Origin: an uncultured Acidimicrobiaceae bacterium
GTDB taxonomy: Bacteria > Actinomycetota > Acidimicrobiia > Acidimicrobiales > SZUA-35
NCBI GenBank assembly: GCA_964551835.1
Contig: CAZKEM010000094.1
Coordinates: 12,868-76,867 of the forward strand
Length of the DNA: 64,000 nucleotides
Direction: 5' to 3'
Below the pieces are notes generated by a model. It was not told the DNA's origin and did not search any database. It was given only the letters and a program-made list of their open reading frames with translations. Positions within the stretch are counted from its first letter, which is position 1, and every line of letters starts with the position of its first letter. The translations under genes were made by a program, and so were the position numbers. Positions 28,683 through 37,697 of the stretch are shown piece after piece.

Positions 28683-30032
28683 GTGAATGCCCCTCAATTT
28701 GGCACAGATGGTGTGCGGGGAATCGCCAACAAAGAACTTACACCAGAGGTCGCGGTCGCTTTAGGTCGGGCCTCGGTGGAGGTTTTGGCCCAAGTTGGCC
28801 ACAAACACATCGTCGTCGGACGCGACACCCGCAAATCAGGATGGATGCTACAAGCAGGGTTGGTCGCCGGAGCAACAGCAGCCGGCGCGGACGTCGAACT
28901 TCTTGGTGTTGTCCCGACCCCGGCAGTCGCTTGGGCGTCAGCAGACCGCCAGGCAGCCGGCATCATGATCTCGGCATCTCACAACCCGTTCGGCGACAAC
29001 GGCGTCAAACTGTTCGCCCCAGGTGGATCCAAGCTAAACGACTCGGTAGAAGCTCACATTCAGAAACGGTACGTCGAACTGCTCGAACAGCCCGGCTCGG
29101 TCAACTCGGACGACGCTGCTACCGGTGACGCAGTCGGAACACTCATCGCCAGCAAAGGCGTACAAGGATGGGTTGACTCGATCATCGATTCGGTCGACAA
29201 CAAATTGGATACAACTGTCGTCGTCGACGGAGCCAACGGTTCGGCGTCAATGATCGGCCAAGAAATTCTGCGCCAACTAGGTGCCCGAGTTATCTCGATC
29301 GGCGACCGCCCCGACGGAGTCAACATCAACGACGGGTATGGTTCGACCAGCCCCGAACGCCTCCAAAAAGCGGTACTCGAACAAAAAGCCGACCTTGGTA
29401 TAGGTTTCGACGGCGACGCCGACCGGCTGATCGCCATCGACGCTAAAGGCGAAATTGTCAACGGTGATCGAGTCCTCGCGATCCTGGCCACGGACTGGAA
29501 ATCCCGCAACATGCTCAAGGGTGACACAGTCGTCGTCACCGTCATGACCAACCTCGGATTCCATCGGGCCATGAAAGACGCCGAAATCGAGGTCGTAACC
29601 ACCGGTGTCGGCGACCGATACGTCTTAGAAGCACTAGACGAAGGCGGCTTCTCGCTTGGTGGCGAACAATCGGGCCACATAATCTGTCGCGACCTAGCAT
29701 CCACGGGCGACGGCATACTTAGCGCGGTGCAGTTGATCGATGCGGTACGCAGATCAGGCCAACCATTGGACGTTCTCGCAGCTAAAGCCATGACATCGGT
29801 TCCTCAGGTTCTACGCAACGTCAAACTGCCCAGCCGATCTACCGACATCTCCGACCGACTTTCAAAACCGATCGCCGAAGTCGAAACAACTTTCGGAGAA
29901 GACGGCCGGGTGTTGGTTAGGCCGTCCGGCACCGAACCCCTTCTGCGAATTATGGTTGAACACGTCGACCCTCGAAAAGCAGACGAAGCGTGCGCCAGCC
30001 TAGTGAAGTTCGCCCAAGGATTAGTGAAATAA
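28683..30032 (+). CDS. glmM: phosphoglucosamine mutase
   Basis: 449 aa with 'FGTDGVRG', the phosphoserine loop 'SASHNPFGDNGVKLF', 'GFDGDADR' and 'GGEQSGH'. Confidence 0.95.
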   Translation: MNAPQFGTDGVRGIANKELTPEVAVALGRASVEVLAQVGHKHIVVGRDTRKSGWMLQAGLVAGATAAGADVELLGVVPTPAVAWASADRQAAGIMISASHNPFGDNGVKLFAPGGSKLNDSVEAHIQKRYVELLEQPGSVNSDDAATGDAVGTLIASKGVQGWVDSIIDSVDNKLDTTVVVDGANGSASMIGQEILRQLGARVISIGDRPDGVNINDGYGSTSPERLQKAVLEQKADLGIGFDGDADRLIAIDAKGEIVNGDRVLAILATDWKSRNMLKGDTVVVTVMTNLGFHRAMKDAEIEVVTTGVGDRYVLEALDEGGFSLGGEQSGHIICRDLASTGDGILSAVQLIDAVRRSGQPLDVLAAKAMTSVPQVLRNVKLPSRSTDISDRLSKPIAEVETTFGEDGRVLVRPSGTEPLLRIMVEHVDPRKADEACASLVKFAQGLVK

Positions 30033-30084
30033 AGTACCCAGGAGTTGAGCGCCCTAGACTGGTGATCGCTGAAAGGAATTTCCT

Positions 30085-33000
30085 ATGTGTGGAATCGTTG
30101 CAATTGTTCGCCGTCGGACCAGTCGGACCAAGCCAGATTCGGCCAAGCTGATCTCGATGGTTGACGCCGCCATCGACCGTTTCCCGGCGAGCAGCGAGAC
30201 CGATATAGCGTCGGTCCTGGCTCTTGTAGCATCCGATGTTGCATCGGTTAATGACGCGCTGAAAGGCGAAGCCGGCCTCCAGGCCATGTTGACCGACCCG
30301 GGACTAGTAAAAAGCCTCGAAACGGCGGTTAAAACACTAGACGAAAAAACTGCAAACATCGAACAACACCTCGAAACCCAAGGAGTGGCTGTTCCCGACC
30401 TCGAACAGGTCAACGCTGTTCTGGTCGAACTCAAAGACGCCACATGGGGGATAGGTCGAGATCGGCTCAGGGCCGCCAACGAAGTAGTCGACCTAGCCAA
30501 TTCTGGCCAACCCGAACTGGCATCTTCGCCAACAGCGGTAGCAATTTTGTTCAGTATTCAGCAAACGCTAAGTAACATCGACCGACTCGAAGTTCGGGGT
30601 CGCGACTCGGCGGGAATTCAAGTTCTCGTCCGGAACCACGGCCTCGACCTCGAATCGGCATCGGTCAAAGCGTTGATGGCCGATCGGCTAGATAACCCGC
30701 TCTTCGTTGACTGTTCGATCAATACTCCCGATGGCAATCTCAGCTTCGTCTACAAAGCAGCGGCCGAGATCGGTGAACTCGGTGACAACACCGAAGCGAT
30801 GCGAGTAGGGATACGATCCGATGCGTTACTTCACATGGCAATCTCAGGCGACGAAGCCGAAGCCACCGTCCTAGCCCACACCCGATGGGCGTCGGTCGGA
30901 AGTATCAGCGAACCAAACGCCCACCCAGTAAACAGCGACGAGCTTGACGGAATAGCCAGGCCATACGTCGCCGGCGTACTCAACGGCGACGTCGACAACT
31001 TTGCCGACCTGATCGCCAACGAAGGTTTGCAGATTCCGCCAGAGATAACCACCGACGCCAAAGTTATCCCGTCGCTAATCAGCCGAAGTCTAAGTACCGG
31101 GCTAGATATCGACGAAGCCGTCCGCTCCAGCGTTGCCCAATTTGAAGGATCGGTAGCGATAGGCGTAAGCAGCTCATCAAACCCGGCCGACCTACACCTT
31201 ACTCTTCGAGGCAGTGGACAAAGCGTCTACGTCGGTTTGGCCGAAGACGCCTTCATCGTCGCTTCAGAACCATACGGTGTCGTCGAAGACTCCGAAGCGT
31301 ACATCAGGATGGATGGAGAAACACCATCAGACCCGAACAATCCGTCGGCTAGTCAAGGTCAAATAATTCGACTCGATGGGGCGTTCGCCGGTATGCGGCA
31401 AGGCGCTTCGAGAATGTCCTACGACGGCACGTCGCTTCCGATCAGCGAAGACGAATGGAAAGTCCCCGAGGTCACAACCCGCGACATCGACCGCGGTAAT
31501 AACCCTCACTTCCTACTGAAAGAAATCAACGAATCGCCAACCTCGTTCCGAAAGACGTTGCGTGGACGACTCGTCGAAGAACAAGGCGAACTCAACGTAG
31601 AACTGCCAGAAAATACGATCCCGGCCGAGTTGCGTCAACGGATACAAGCGGGCGGAATACGAAACATCGAAATAACTGGCCAAGGCACAGCGGCCGTCGC
31701 CGGTCAAGCCATGGCGGCGTTGCTAGAAAACATGGTCGGGGAGTCAGCGGTTCGAGTACGAGCTATTACCGCAACCGAACTTTGCGGCTTCCAGTTACGC
31801 GACGACATGGAAAACACCCTGGTTGTTGCCATCAGCCAGTCCGGCACGACTACCGACACCAACCGAGCCGTTGACCTCGTCAGGTCACGCGGCGCAATTG
31901 TCGTAGCGATTGTCAACCGTCGAGGTAGCGACCTAACCGACAAAGCCGACGGAGTCCTATACACGTCCGACGGTCGAGACGTCGAAATGAGTGTCGCGTC
32001 AACCAAAGCGTTCTACGCACAAATAGCGGCAGGACAGCTTCTGTCCGAGAAACTCGTCGACCTCTTACCCGACGTTTCGGTCGACCCGACGGTTCGTCAG
32101 CAACGGCTTGTAGGGCTGCGGGACCTGCCCGAGGCTATGGACGCAACCTTGCTGAAACGCTCAGCGGTTGCGGACGCCGCGTCGCGTAACGCTCCGAGTA
32201 GGCGGTACTGGGCGATGGTCGGCAACGGGCTCAACCACATTGCGGCAAGAGAACTTCGGATCAAACTGTCCGAGCTGTGCTACAAATCAATCGCCTGCGA
32301 CATCACCGAAGACAAAAAACACATCGACCTCTCTTCCGAGCCGCTCATATTGATCTGCGCTGCGGGTCTCGTCGGTTCGACCGCCGACGACGTCGCCAAA
32401 GAAGTAGCGATCTTCGGTGCCCACAAAGCAACCCCGATCGTGATCGCGACCGAGGGAGAGAACCGGTTTAACGGCGCGACAGAAGTCATCACCGTACCCG
32501 ACGTTCACCCAAGCTTCGCCTTTGTTCTTTCCACCGTTATAGGACACCTGTTCGGATACGAAGCCGCACTAGCGATCGACAGCTCGGCACGACCACTTCG
32601 CGAGATTCGAGGTGTAATCGAAACCTACGTCGGTGCTGAAGACGAACAATGGTTCGCTAACTTTGGCGCCGAAATAAAACCACAAACCAAACAGTTCTTC
32701 GAAGGTCTCCGAGCCGGTCATTACAACGGACACCTCGAAGCAGGAACCTCGGTCCGGGTAGCCGCACTGCTGCGTTTCGCTACCGGATCTGTCCGCCTAG
32801 ACGCCTACCAAGTCGAATTCGGCAAAGTCGGTACCCCGGGTCAGATAGTCGAAGACCTAGCGGCAGGTCTGACCACCGCGATTGAAGAACTAACAAGGCC
32901 AATCGACGCGATTAAGCACCAGGCTAAAACCGTCACGGTCGGCATCAGCCGAACCGACGAAAGTTTGCTGCAGGCCGCTCTCATACAGTCCGTGCTGGAC

Positions 33001-33522
33001 ACAGGCTGCCCACGGGATCGTTTGAGCTACCGCAGCCTCAGAACGTTAGCAGCACTCACGCCTGCAGTCGACGAACTTGTTGGCTTCACCCGGTACATAA
33101 TCGACGGAGAAGACTTAGAGGAGGGCGGTCAAATCCGAGTTCGAGACAAGGGAGGAATTGCAGCGAACATCACTTCACGAGTTGACACCGACCCAACCCT
33201 TCGAGGTACAAAACACCGTGTAGCAGTTGAACAATTACCGTTTGTGACTGTAGGGTCCGACGGGCGAGTCGTTCTGATCGTGCCGGAAGTGAAGGCCAAA
33301 AAAACAACGGGCCTCACGTTGTGTCACCTCCGGCTTGAAGAATCGTTAGACGCCAAGACCGCACGCACCGTCCTTCAAGGCTACCGCAACCGGTATCGAC
33401 AACTTTCCGACTTCGTCACCGAGGTTAAGCCGTCGCTGCGAGAAGACCTGCTAGCAGAAGTGCCTACCGTCGAGCTGTTAACCGCTCCGATATCATCTGT
33501 CGGTTCGTACTGGGTCGAATAG
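30085..33522 (+). CDS. glmS: glutamine--fructose-6-phosphate aminotransferase homologue, atypically long (1145 aa)
   Basis: The Ntn nucleophile 'MCGIV' is present, with 'RGRDSAGIQV', 'HTRWASVGSISEPNAHP' and 'NPHFLLKEINESP'. SIS motifs 'ISQSGTTTDT' and 'VASTKAF' are also present. The canonical GlmS C-terminal-like 'AKTVTV' lies about 190 aa before the stop. Confidence 0.75.
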   Translation: MCGIVAIVRRRTSRTKPDSAKLISMVDAAIDRFPASSETDIASVLALVASDVASVNDALKGEAGLQAMLTDPGLVKSLETAVKTLDEKTANIEQHLETQGVAVPDLEQVNAVLVELKDATWGIGRDRLRAANEVVDLANSGQPELASSPTAVAILFSIQQTLSNIDRLEVRGRDSAGIQVLVRNHGLDLESASVKALMADRLDNPLFVDCSINTPDGNLSFVYKAAAEIGELGDNTEAMRVGIRSDALLHMAISGDEAEATVLAHTRWASVGSISEPNAHPVNSDELDGIARPYVAGVLNGDVDNFADLIANEGLQIPPEITTDAKVIPSLISRSLSTGLDIDEAVRSSVAQFEGSVAIGVSSSSNPADLHLTLRGSGQSVYVGLAEDAFIVASEPYGVVEDSEAYIRMDGETPSDPNNPSASQGQIIRLDGAFAGMRQGASRMSYDGTSLPISEDEWKVPEVTTRDIDRGNNPHFLLKEINESPTSFRKTLRGRLVEEQGELNVELPENTIPAELRQRIQAGGIRNIEITGQGTAAVAGQAMAALLENMVGESAVRVRAITATELCGFQLRDDMENTLVVAISQSGTTTDTNRAVDLVRSRGAIVVAIVNRRGSDLTDKADGVLYTSDGRDVEMSVASTKAFYAQIAAGQLLSEKLVDLLPDVSVDPTVRQQRLVGLRDLPEAMDATLLKRSAVADAASRNAPSRRYWAMVGNGLNHIAARELRIKLSELCYKSIACDITEDKKHIDLSSEPLILICAAGLVGSTADDVAKEVAIFGAHKATPIVIATEGENRFNGATEVITVPDVHPSFAFVLSTVIGHLFGYEAALAIDSSARPLREIRGVIETYVGAEDEQWFANFGAEIKPQTKQFFEGLRAGHYNGHLEAGTSVRVAALLRFATGSVRLDAYQVEFGKVGTPGQIVEDLAAGLTTAIEELTRPIDAIKHQAKTVTVGISRTDESLLQAALIQSVLDTGCPRDRLSYRSLRTLAALTPAVDELVGFTRYIIDGEDLEEGGQIRVRDKGGIAANITSRVDTDPTLRGTKHRVAVEQLPFVTVGSDGRVVLIVPEVKAKKTTGLTLCHLRLEESLDAKTARTVLQGYRNRYRQLSDFVTEVKPSLREDLLAEVPTVELLTAPISSVGSYWVE

Positions 33523-33959
33523 TGAACAGCCCGTCTGGAGCGTTCGACGCTGGGCTGCAACAGTTGCCGGGTCTGGTCGTGGTCGCTATCGGCGCCGACG
33601 TGATTGAGGTTGACCGGATCCGTCAGACAATACATCGACAACCCAACTTTGTTGACCGAGTCTTCACAGTCGGTGAAATCGAATACTGCCAAAACCACCG
33701 AGATCCAGCAGAACGGTTCGCTGTCCGGTTCGCAGCCAAAGAAGCCGTCCTTAAAGCATTAGGTGTCGGCCTCGGCGGCGCCGACCTGACCGATATTGAA
33801 GTAGTTCGAACCGGCAGTGGCAAACCAGAGCTAACCATCGCGGGCAGAGCCCAGCCCCTAGCGGATGAGCTAGCCATATCTGATTGGTTGATTACGCTTA
33901 GTCATGCGGACACTGTCGCCCAAGCCTTCGTCGCCGGTTTAGGACCTCAAGCAAACTAG
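33522..33959 (+). CDS. acpS: holo-[acyl-carrier-protein] synthase (4'-phosphopantetheinyl transferase)
   Basis: 'AIGADVIEVDRI', 'FTVGEIEYC', 'RFAAKEAVLKALG' and 'SHADTVAQAFV' are present. The start is uncertain: 33522 overlaps the glmS stop by 1 nt, and GTG 33579 is also possible. Confidence 0.8.
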   Translation: MNSPSGAFDAGLQQLPGLVVVAIGADVIEVDRIRQTIHRQPNFVDRVFTVGEIEYCQNHRDPAERFAVRFAAKEAVLKALGVGLGGADLTDIEVVRTGSGKPELTIAGRAQPLADELAISDWLITLSHADTVAQAFVAGLGPQAN

Positions 33960-34119
33960 CGCTAGCCTCGCCTTCTCGGGCGAGTGGAAGACAAACAGGC
34001 ATTCGCAATAGTGTCTCATGTCTCTATATGACGGTTGGATGATGGACGGAAGTACCGGGAACTTCTAGCGTTGGGTCGCCGTCTTAGGGGTCAAACTTGA
34101 CTCAATAAAGGAGATAGTT

Positions 34120-34245
34120 GTGAGCGACCGCGGGAACGCAGGCAAACGCCTATGGGGCATATTGGGATGGGGTCACCGATTCTTGGCGGTCATGATCGGA
34201 GCGATATTGTTCCTAGCTTGGGTTCGCTGCGGGCGACCCATGTAA
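34120..34245 (+). CDS. candidate 41-aa small membrane protein (absent from the ORF track)
   Basis: A GTG start follows 'aaggag' with a 5-nt spacer. The product 'VSDRGNAGKRLWGILGWGHRFLAVMIGAILFLAWVRCGRPM' has one hydrophobic helix. Confidence 0.4.
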   Translation: MSDRGNAGKRLWGILGWGHRFLAVMIGAILFLAWVRCGRPM

Positions 34246-34409
34246 TATGATCAACCCTCAACCCTCAAGCCTGTCGATCATAGTTGGAACACGATCCTAG
34301 GTTGCAGAACCCAGAAATAAATCTACTGAAAGAAGAGAACCTTGACCTATTCTACGCGTTGACTGTCGACGAAGCCTGTGAATTCGCTAGCGGAACGGAA
34401 AGCTACTAG

Positions 34410-34997
34410 CTAATTGCTGGCAATCACGTTACCTTCGGCGTCGGTGATAACAACTTCACCGTTCTCGCCTGCAGAGATGTTGGTACCGTCGTCGCCGACA
34501 ACTGAACTTCCGTCAGCGTCGACGATGACTTCGCCATTTCCATTTACTATTACGACGTTGCCGTTCTCATCGACCGTAGCCGTACCGGTAAAGCTGCCCT
34601 CACCGGACGTAATCGTGACGTTGCCGGCCTCGTCCACTGCGACGTCGGCAGCTCCGAGAACGTTACCGCCATCGTCGGTCAGGACAACAGAGCCATCTTC
34701 GCCGACAGCGATGTTGCCTCCGGCGACCTTGTTGCCGTCAACATCAGAAACAGTCACCTTGCCATCGGCTTCAACAGACACGCTGCCCTCGTCGCTGTCA
34801 ACGATAACGTTGCCGTTTTCGTCAACTTCGATCTTGCCTTCTGTCACGCTATCTGGCGTCGAAACGACAACATTTCCGTCTTCGTCAACCGAAATGTTGC
34901 CTTCTTCGCCATCTATTGCAACATCCACCCCGGCTGAACCGCAAGCCGTAAGGCCCAAAACAACGCACCCGACCAGTGCCGCGAACTTCTTATCCAT
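34410..34997 (-). CDS. lipoprotein built from Asp/Gly/Asn/Val short repeats (unknown function)
   Basis: The signal peptide 'MDKKFAALVGCVVLGLTAC' carries a lipobox. The mature part is made of iterated D-E-x-G-N-V-V-type units ('VDEDGNVVV', 'VDENGNVIV', 'VGEDGSVVL', 'VDEAGNVTI', 'VDENGNVVI'). Confidence 0.7.
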   Translation of the reverse strand: MDKKFAALVGCVVLGLTACGSAGVDVAIDGEEGNISVDEDGNVVVSTPDSVTEGKIEVDENGNVIVDSDEGSVSVEADGKVTVSDVDGNKVAGGNIAVGEDGSVVLTDDGGNVLGAADVAVDEAGNVTITSGEGSFTGTATVDENGNVVIVNGNGEVIVDADGSSVVGDDGTNISAGENGEVVITDAEGNVIASN

Positions 34998-35145
34998 AAA
35001 CTTCTCCCCGTCGTATTGATTCAGCCTGCGTCAATGCTGGGCGTAGGGCCCAAACACACATAGCCTCATACACTAGCTCGTCAATGTGCAGTTTTTGGTT
35101 CAGTAGACGGTTTAAACAGTTCAGACCCTTCTATAGTCAGCCTTC

Positions 35146-35739
35146 ATGGATGTTCCGAACAGGCCAGCGATAGATTTTCAACCTCTCTGGGACGCCTTCG
35201 GAACCGAATTTGGGCTCTTGCCAGAATTGGCGTTAGATGCCGTATTGGCCCGTTATCGGCAAGGCGAGCCGGCGTGCATCCCTCGAATCATCGAATTGGT
35301 ATGTTCCCGCTCGGTAACCGTGACCGAGTCGGCGGCGGCACTTCGGGTACTCGACCTAGAACCGTTGTCCTCAACTCAGCGGCGCATGGTTGAATCTGTA
35401 CTAGATCGCTGGTGGCTGTTGGCCCTGTCTGTCCCAAATGAAAATGGCGGAGTCACAGACACACTCGGCATTTTGGCTGGATTCGGAGCCTCGGTACAGC
35501 GTTGGCTCCATGTGTGGTTAGAAAACTTCGATGGCCTCGGGGCTTCGCTATTCGTCGAAGCTGTGCTTGGGTACAACGATGACCTGCCAGCCTCGGGAGC
35601 GTGGCTAGACAAACAAGACGAATGGACCCAGTTCCGTCAATGGTGCCGGTCAGAGCCCACGGTTATGGGATTCACACTACTAGGTGGATCTCACGTACGC
35701 GACAGCGAGATGACGGCCGTACTCGAGCTGATAGTCTAA
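35146..35739 (+). CDS. hypothetical protein
   Basis: 197-aa ORF with an ATG start, no recognisable motif, no signal peptide and a coding-like composition. Confidence 0.45.
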   Translation: MDVPNRPAIDFQPLWDAFGTEFGLLPELALDAVLARYRQGEPACIPRIIELVCSRSVTVTESAAALRVLDLEPLSSTQRRMVESVLDRWWLLALSVPNENGGVTDTLGILAGFGASVQRWLHVWLENFDGLGASLFVEAVLGYNDDLPASGAWLDKQDEWTQFRQWCRSEPTVMGFTLLGGSHVRDSEMTAVLELIV

Positions 35740-35783
35740 ACGCTCGCAACCTACCTGTCGCGGCTGGCTGGAGATTGCTCCGA

Positions 35784-37586
35784 CTATTTTTGGTCTTGTT
35801 CTTCTGAGAGGTTAAGCCACGTTTCTTCGGCGGTGGCTAATTGATCCGAAACATCGGCTAATTCTTCGCCTAGGGTCCGGAGTTCTTCGTGGTCGGTTCC
35901 GGCGTCGACCAGCTTCTCCTCGATAGCAGATTTGCGTTTCTCTAACTTGCGGATATTTTTTTCGTTGTCTCGGATCAAAACGCTTAAGGTCGCCGAAGAG
36001 CGACCCGACTTTTTCTTGGTTGGATTCTGCTGCGACTGTTTCACTGGCGAATTGCCGGGGGTTCCCTCTTTAGCTGCCAGAGCACCACGTTTGCCGCGTC
36101 GTTGATTTTTGCGGTGCTTGTCCCACTCATTGAACCCGCCTGGCCAGCGTTTCGCAGTACCTTTACCATCGATGACGATGGCGTCGCTGACGACCCGTTC
36201 GAGGAATGCCCGATCGTGGCTCACAACAATCACCGCTCCCGGCCAGTCGTACAAAAAGTCCTCCAACGCTCGCAGTGTTTCAAGGTCGAGATCGTTCGTA
36301 GGTTCGTCGAGCAGTAACACGTTCGGGCGCTCAGCAAGTACTTTGAGAAGTTGAAGCCGTCGACGTTCTCCCCCCGACAGCGTGTGGACCTCAGCCCATT
36401 GGGTATCGCGGTCAAACCAAAACGCTTCAAGAAGGCGAGCGTCGGTCCAGTCTGGGTCGCGGTGTGGGCCCGATACGATCTCTCGAGCCCGGGCGGTAGG
36501 GTCGAGGGTTTCGCCCAACTGGTCGTAGTAGCCAAGAGCGACTGTGGAACCGGTTGTGACCGTACCCGAGTCGGGTTGGCGTCGACCAGCGACGATATCG
36601 ATCAACGATGTCTTGCCAGCCCCGTTTGGCCCAACCACGCCCAAGCGTTCTCTTGGGTCGAGACGGAGGTCGATGTTCGAAAATAGCTGACGACCGTCTG
36701 GTGCGGTAAGAGAGACGCCTTCAAGTTCAACGACTACTTCACCGAGGCGAGGCGTCGGGAATTCCAGGTGAAGGTTCCCGGCTCTAGCCGGACCTTCGGG
36801 TTTGTTGTTGAGGATCTCTTTGGCCCGCTGAATGCGGGCTTTAGGTTTAGATGTCCGCGCTGGTGCGCCTCGACGAAGCCAAGCCAGTTCAGCTTTCGCT
36901 TGGTTCTTCCTAACCGCTTCTGCCGACGCAGCTGCAACCTCTCGCTGTTGTTTGTTTTCCAGGTAACTGGCGTAGCTTCCGTCATGCACATACCCGGTCC
37001 CACGGTCTAGTTCGAGCATCTTCGTCGTGAGCGAGTCGAGTAGATGGCGGTCGTGGCTTACAAGCAACAAGGCACCCCGATGCTCAAAGAGGCGAGCCTC
37101 TAACCATTCGATCGAATCTAGGTCAAGATGGTTGGTCGGTTCATCTAAGATTAGAACGTCTGCGGGCTGGACCAACGCTCGAGCTAACGCCACTCGCTTC
37201 TTTTCGCCGCCCGACATGTTGGCCGTTGATCGGCCGTGGTGGCCGCCCATGCCAAGCCGTTCCAAAACAGCTTCGGCTTCCCACTGTTGGCTGCCAGCTT
37301 GTCCCGCTTTTTTCCGAGCGGCTTCTTCGACGACGGACAGAGCGGTGCCCGCAGGGAGCGGGGCTTCCTGGTCAAGTACCGAAAAGGTGACCCCTCGGCC
37401 GTTGCGAACAACACCAGACTCGGGTGTTTGGTCACCGGCCAACACTCGAAGCAGCGTGGATTTGCCGGTACCGTTGATGCCGATAAGGCCTATTCGATCC
37501 CCGGTCGAAACGGTTACTGAGACGTCGCGGAAAAGGTCTCGGTCGGGGCGGCTGACAGTTAGTTTCTCTGCATCGAGTAATATCAC
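35784..37586 (-). CDS. ABC-F family ATPase (Uup/EttA-type, two NBDs, no TMD)
   Basis: 600 aa with Walker A 'GINGTGKSTLL' and 'GPNGAGKTSL' and signatures 'MSGGEKKRVALA' and 'LSGGERRRLQLL'. A basic linker and a C-terminal coiled-coil tail are present. Confidence 0.9.
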   Translation of the reverse strand: MILLDAEKLTVSRPDRDLFRDVSVTVSTGDRIGLIGINGTGKSTLLRVLAGDQTPESGVVRNGRGVTFSVLDQEAPLPAGTALSVVEEAARKKAGQAGSQQWEAEAVLERLGMGGHHGRSTANMSGGEKKRVALARALVQPADVLILDEPTNHLDLDSIEWLEARLFEHRGALLLVSHDRHLLDSLTTKMLELDRGTGYVHDGSYASYLENKQQREVAAASAEAVRKNQAKAELAWLRRGAPARTSKPKARIQRAKEILNNKPEGPARAGNLHLEFPTPRLGEVVVELEGVSLTAPDGRQLFSNIDLRLDPRERLGVVGPNGAGKTSLIDIVAGRRQPDSGTVTTGSTVALGYYDQLGETLDPTARAREIVSGPHRDPDWTDARLLEAFWFDRDTQWAEVHTLSGGERRRLQLLKVLAERPNVLLLDEPTNDLDLETLRALEDFLYDWPGAVIVVSHDRAFLERVVSDAIVIDGKGTAKRWPGGFNEWDKHRKNQRRGKRGALAAKEGTPGNSPVKQSQQNPTKKKSGRSSATLSVLIRDNEKNIRKLEKRKSAIEEKLVDAGTDHEELRTLGEELADVSDQLATAEETWLNLSEEQDQK

Positions 37587-37697
37587 AGCCCTATCACCCT
37601 AAAGGGGTTTGGTGATCGTTGCTGGCGGTCGGTAGGATCGATCCAATCGGCAGCTACCCATATTATGTCCGAGCTAGAGTTGCCGATTGGAAGTTGA

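Noticed and set aside
29060-29791. 243-aa antisense ORF inside glmM. Similar long antisense ORFs occur at 37027..37602 and 36351..36686 (ABC-F), 40416..40931 and 41145..41735 (permease), 49371..49910 (DUF3179) and 30054..30500 (glmS).
   Set aside because: They lie opposite genes with unambiguous conserved motifs. Their Ser/Pro/Arg/Ala-rich composition is typical of antisense frames in GC-rich DNA.
30115-30580. Mini-intein as an explanation for the ~145-aa insertion after the catalytic Cys of the GlmS homologue
   Set aside because: There is no intein block A/B motif, no terminal His-Asn followed by Cys/Ser/Thr, and the segment looks all-helical. It is treated as a genuine insertion domain.
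34414-35019. 201-aa plus-strand ORF covering the whole repeat-lipoprotein gene
   Set aside because: It is a mirror-image artefact of self-complementary repeat codons. It has no start context or signal, whereas the minus-strand frame has a clear lipoprotein signal peptide.
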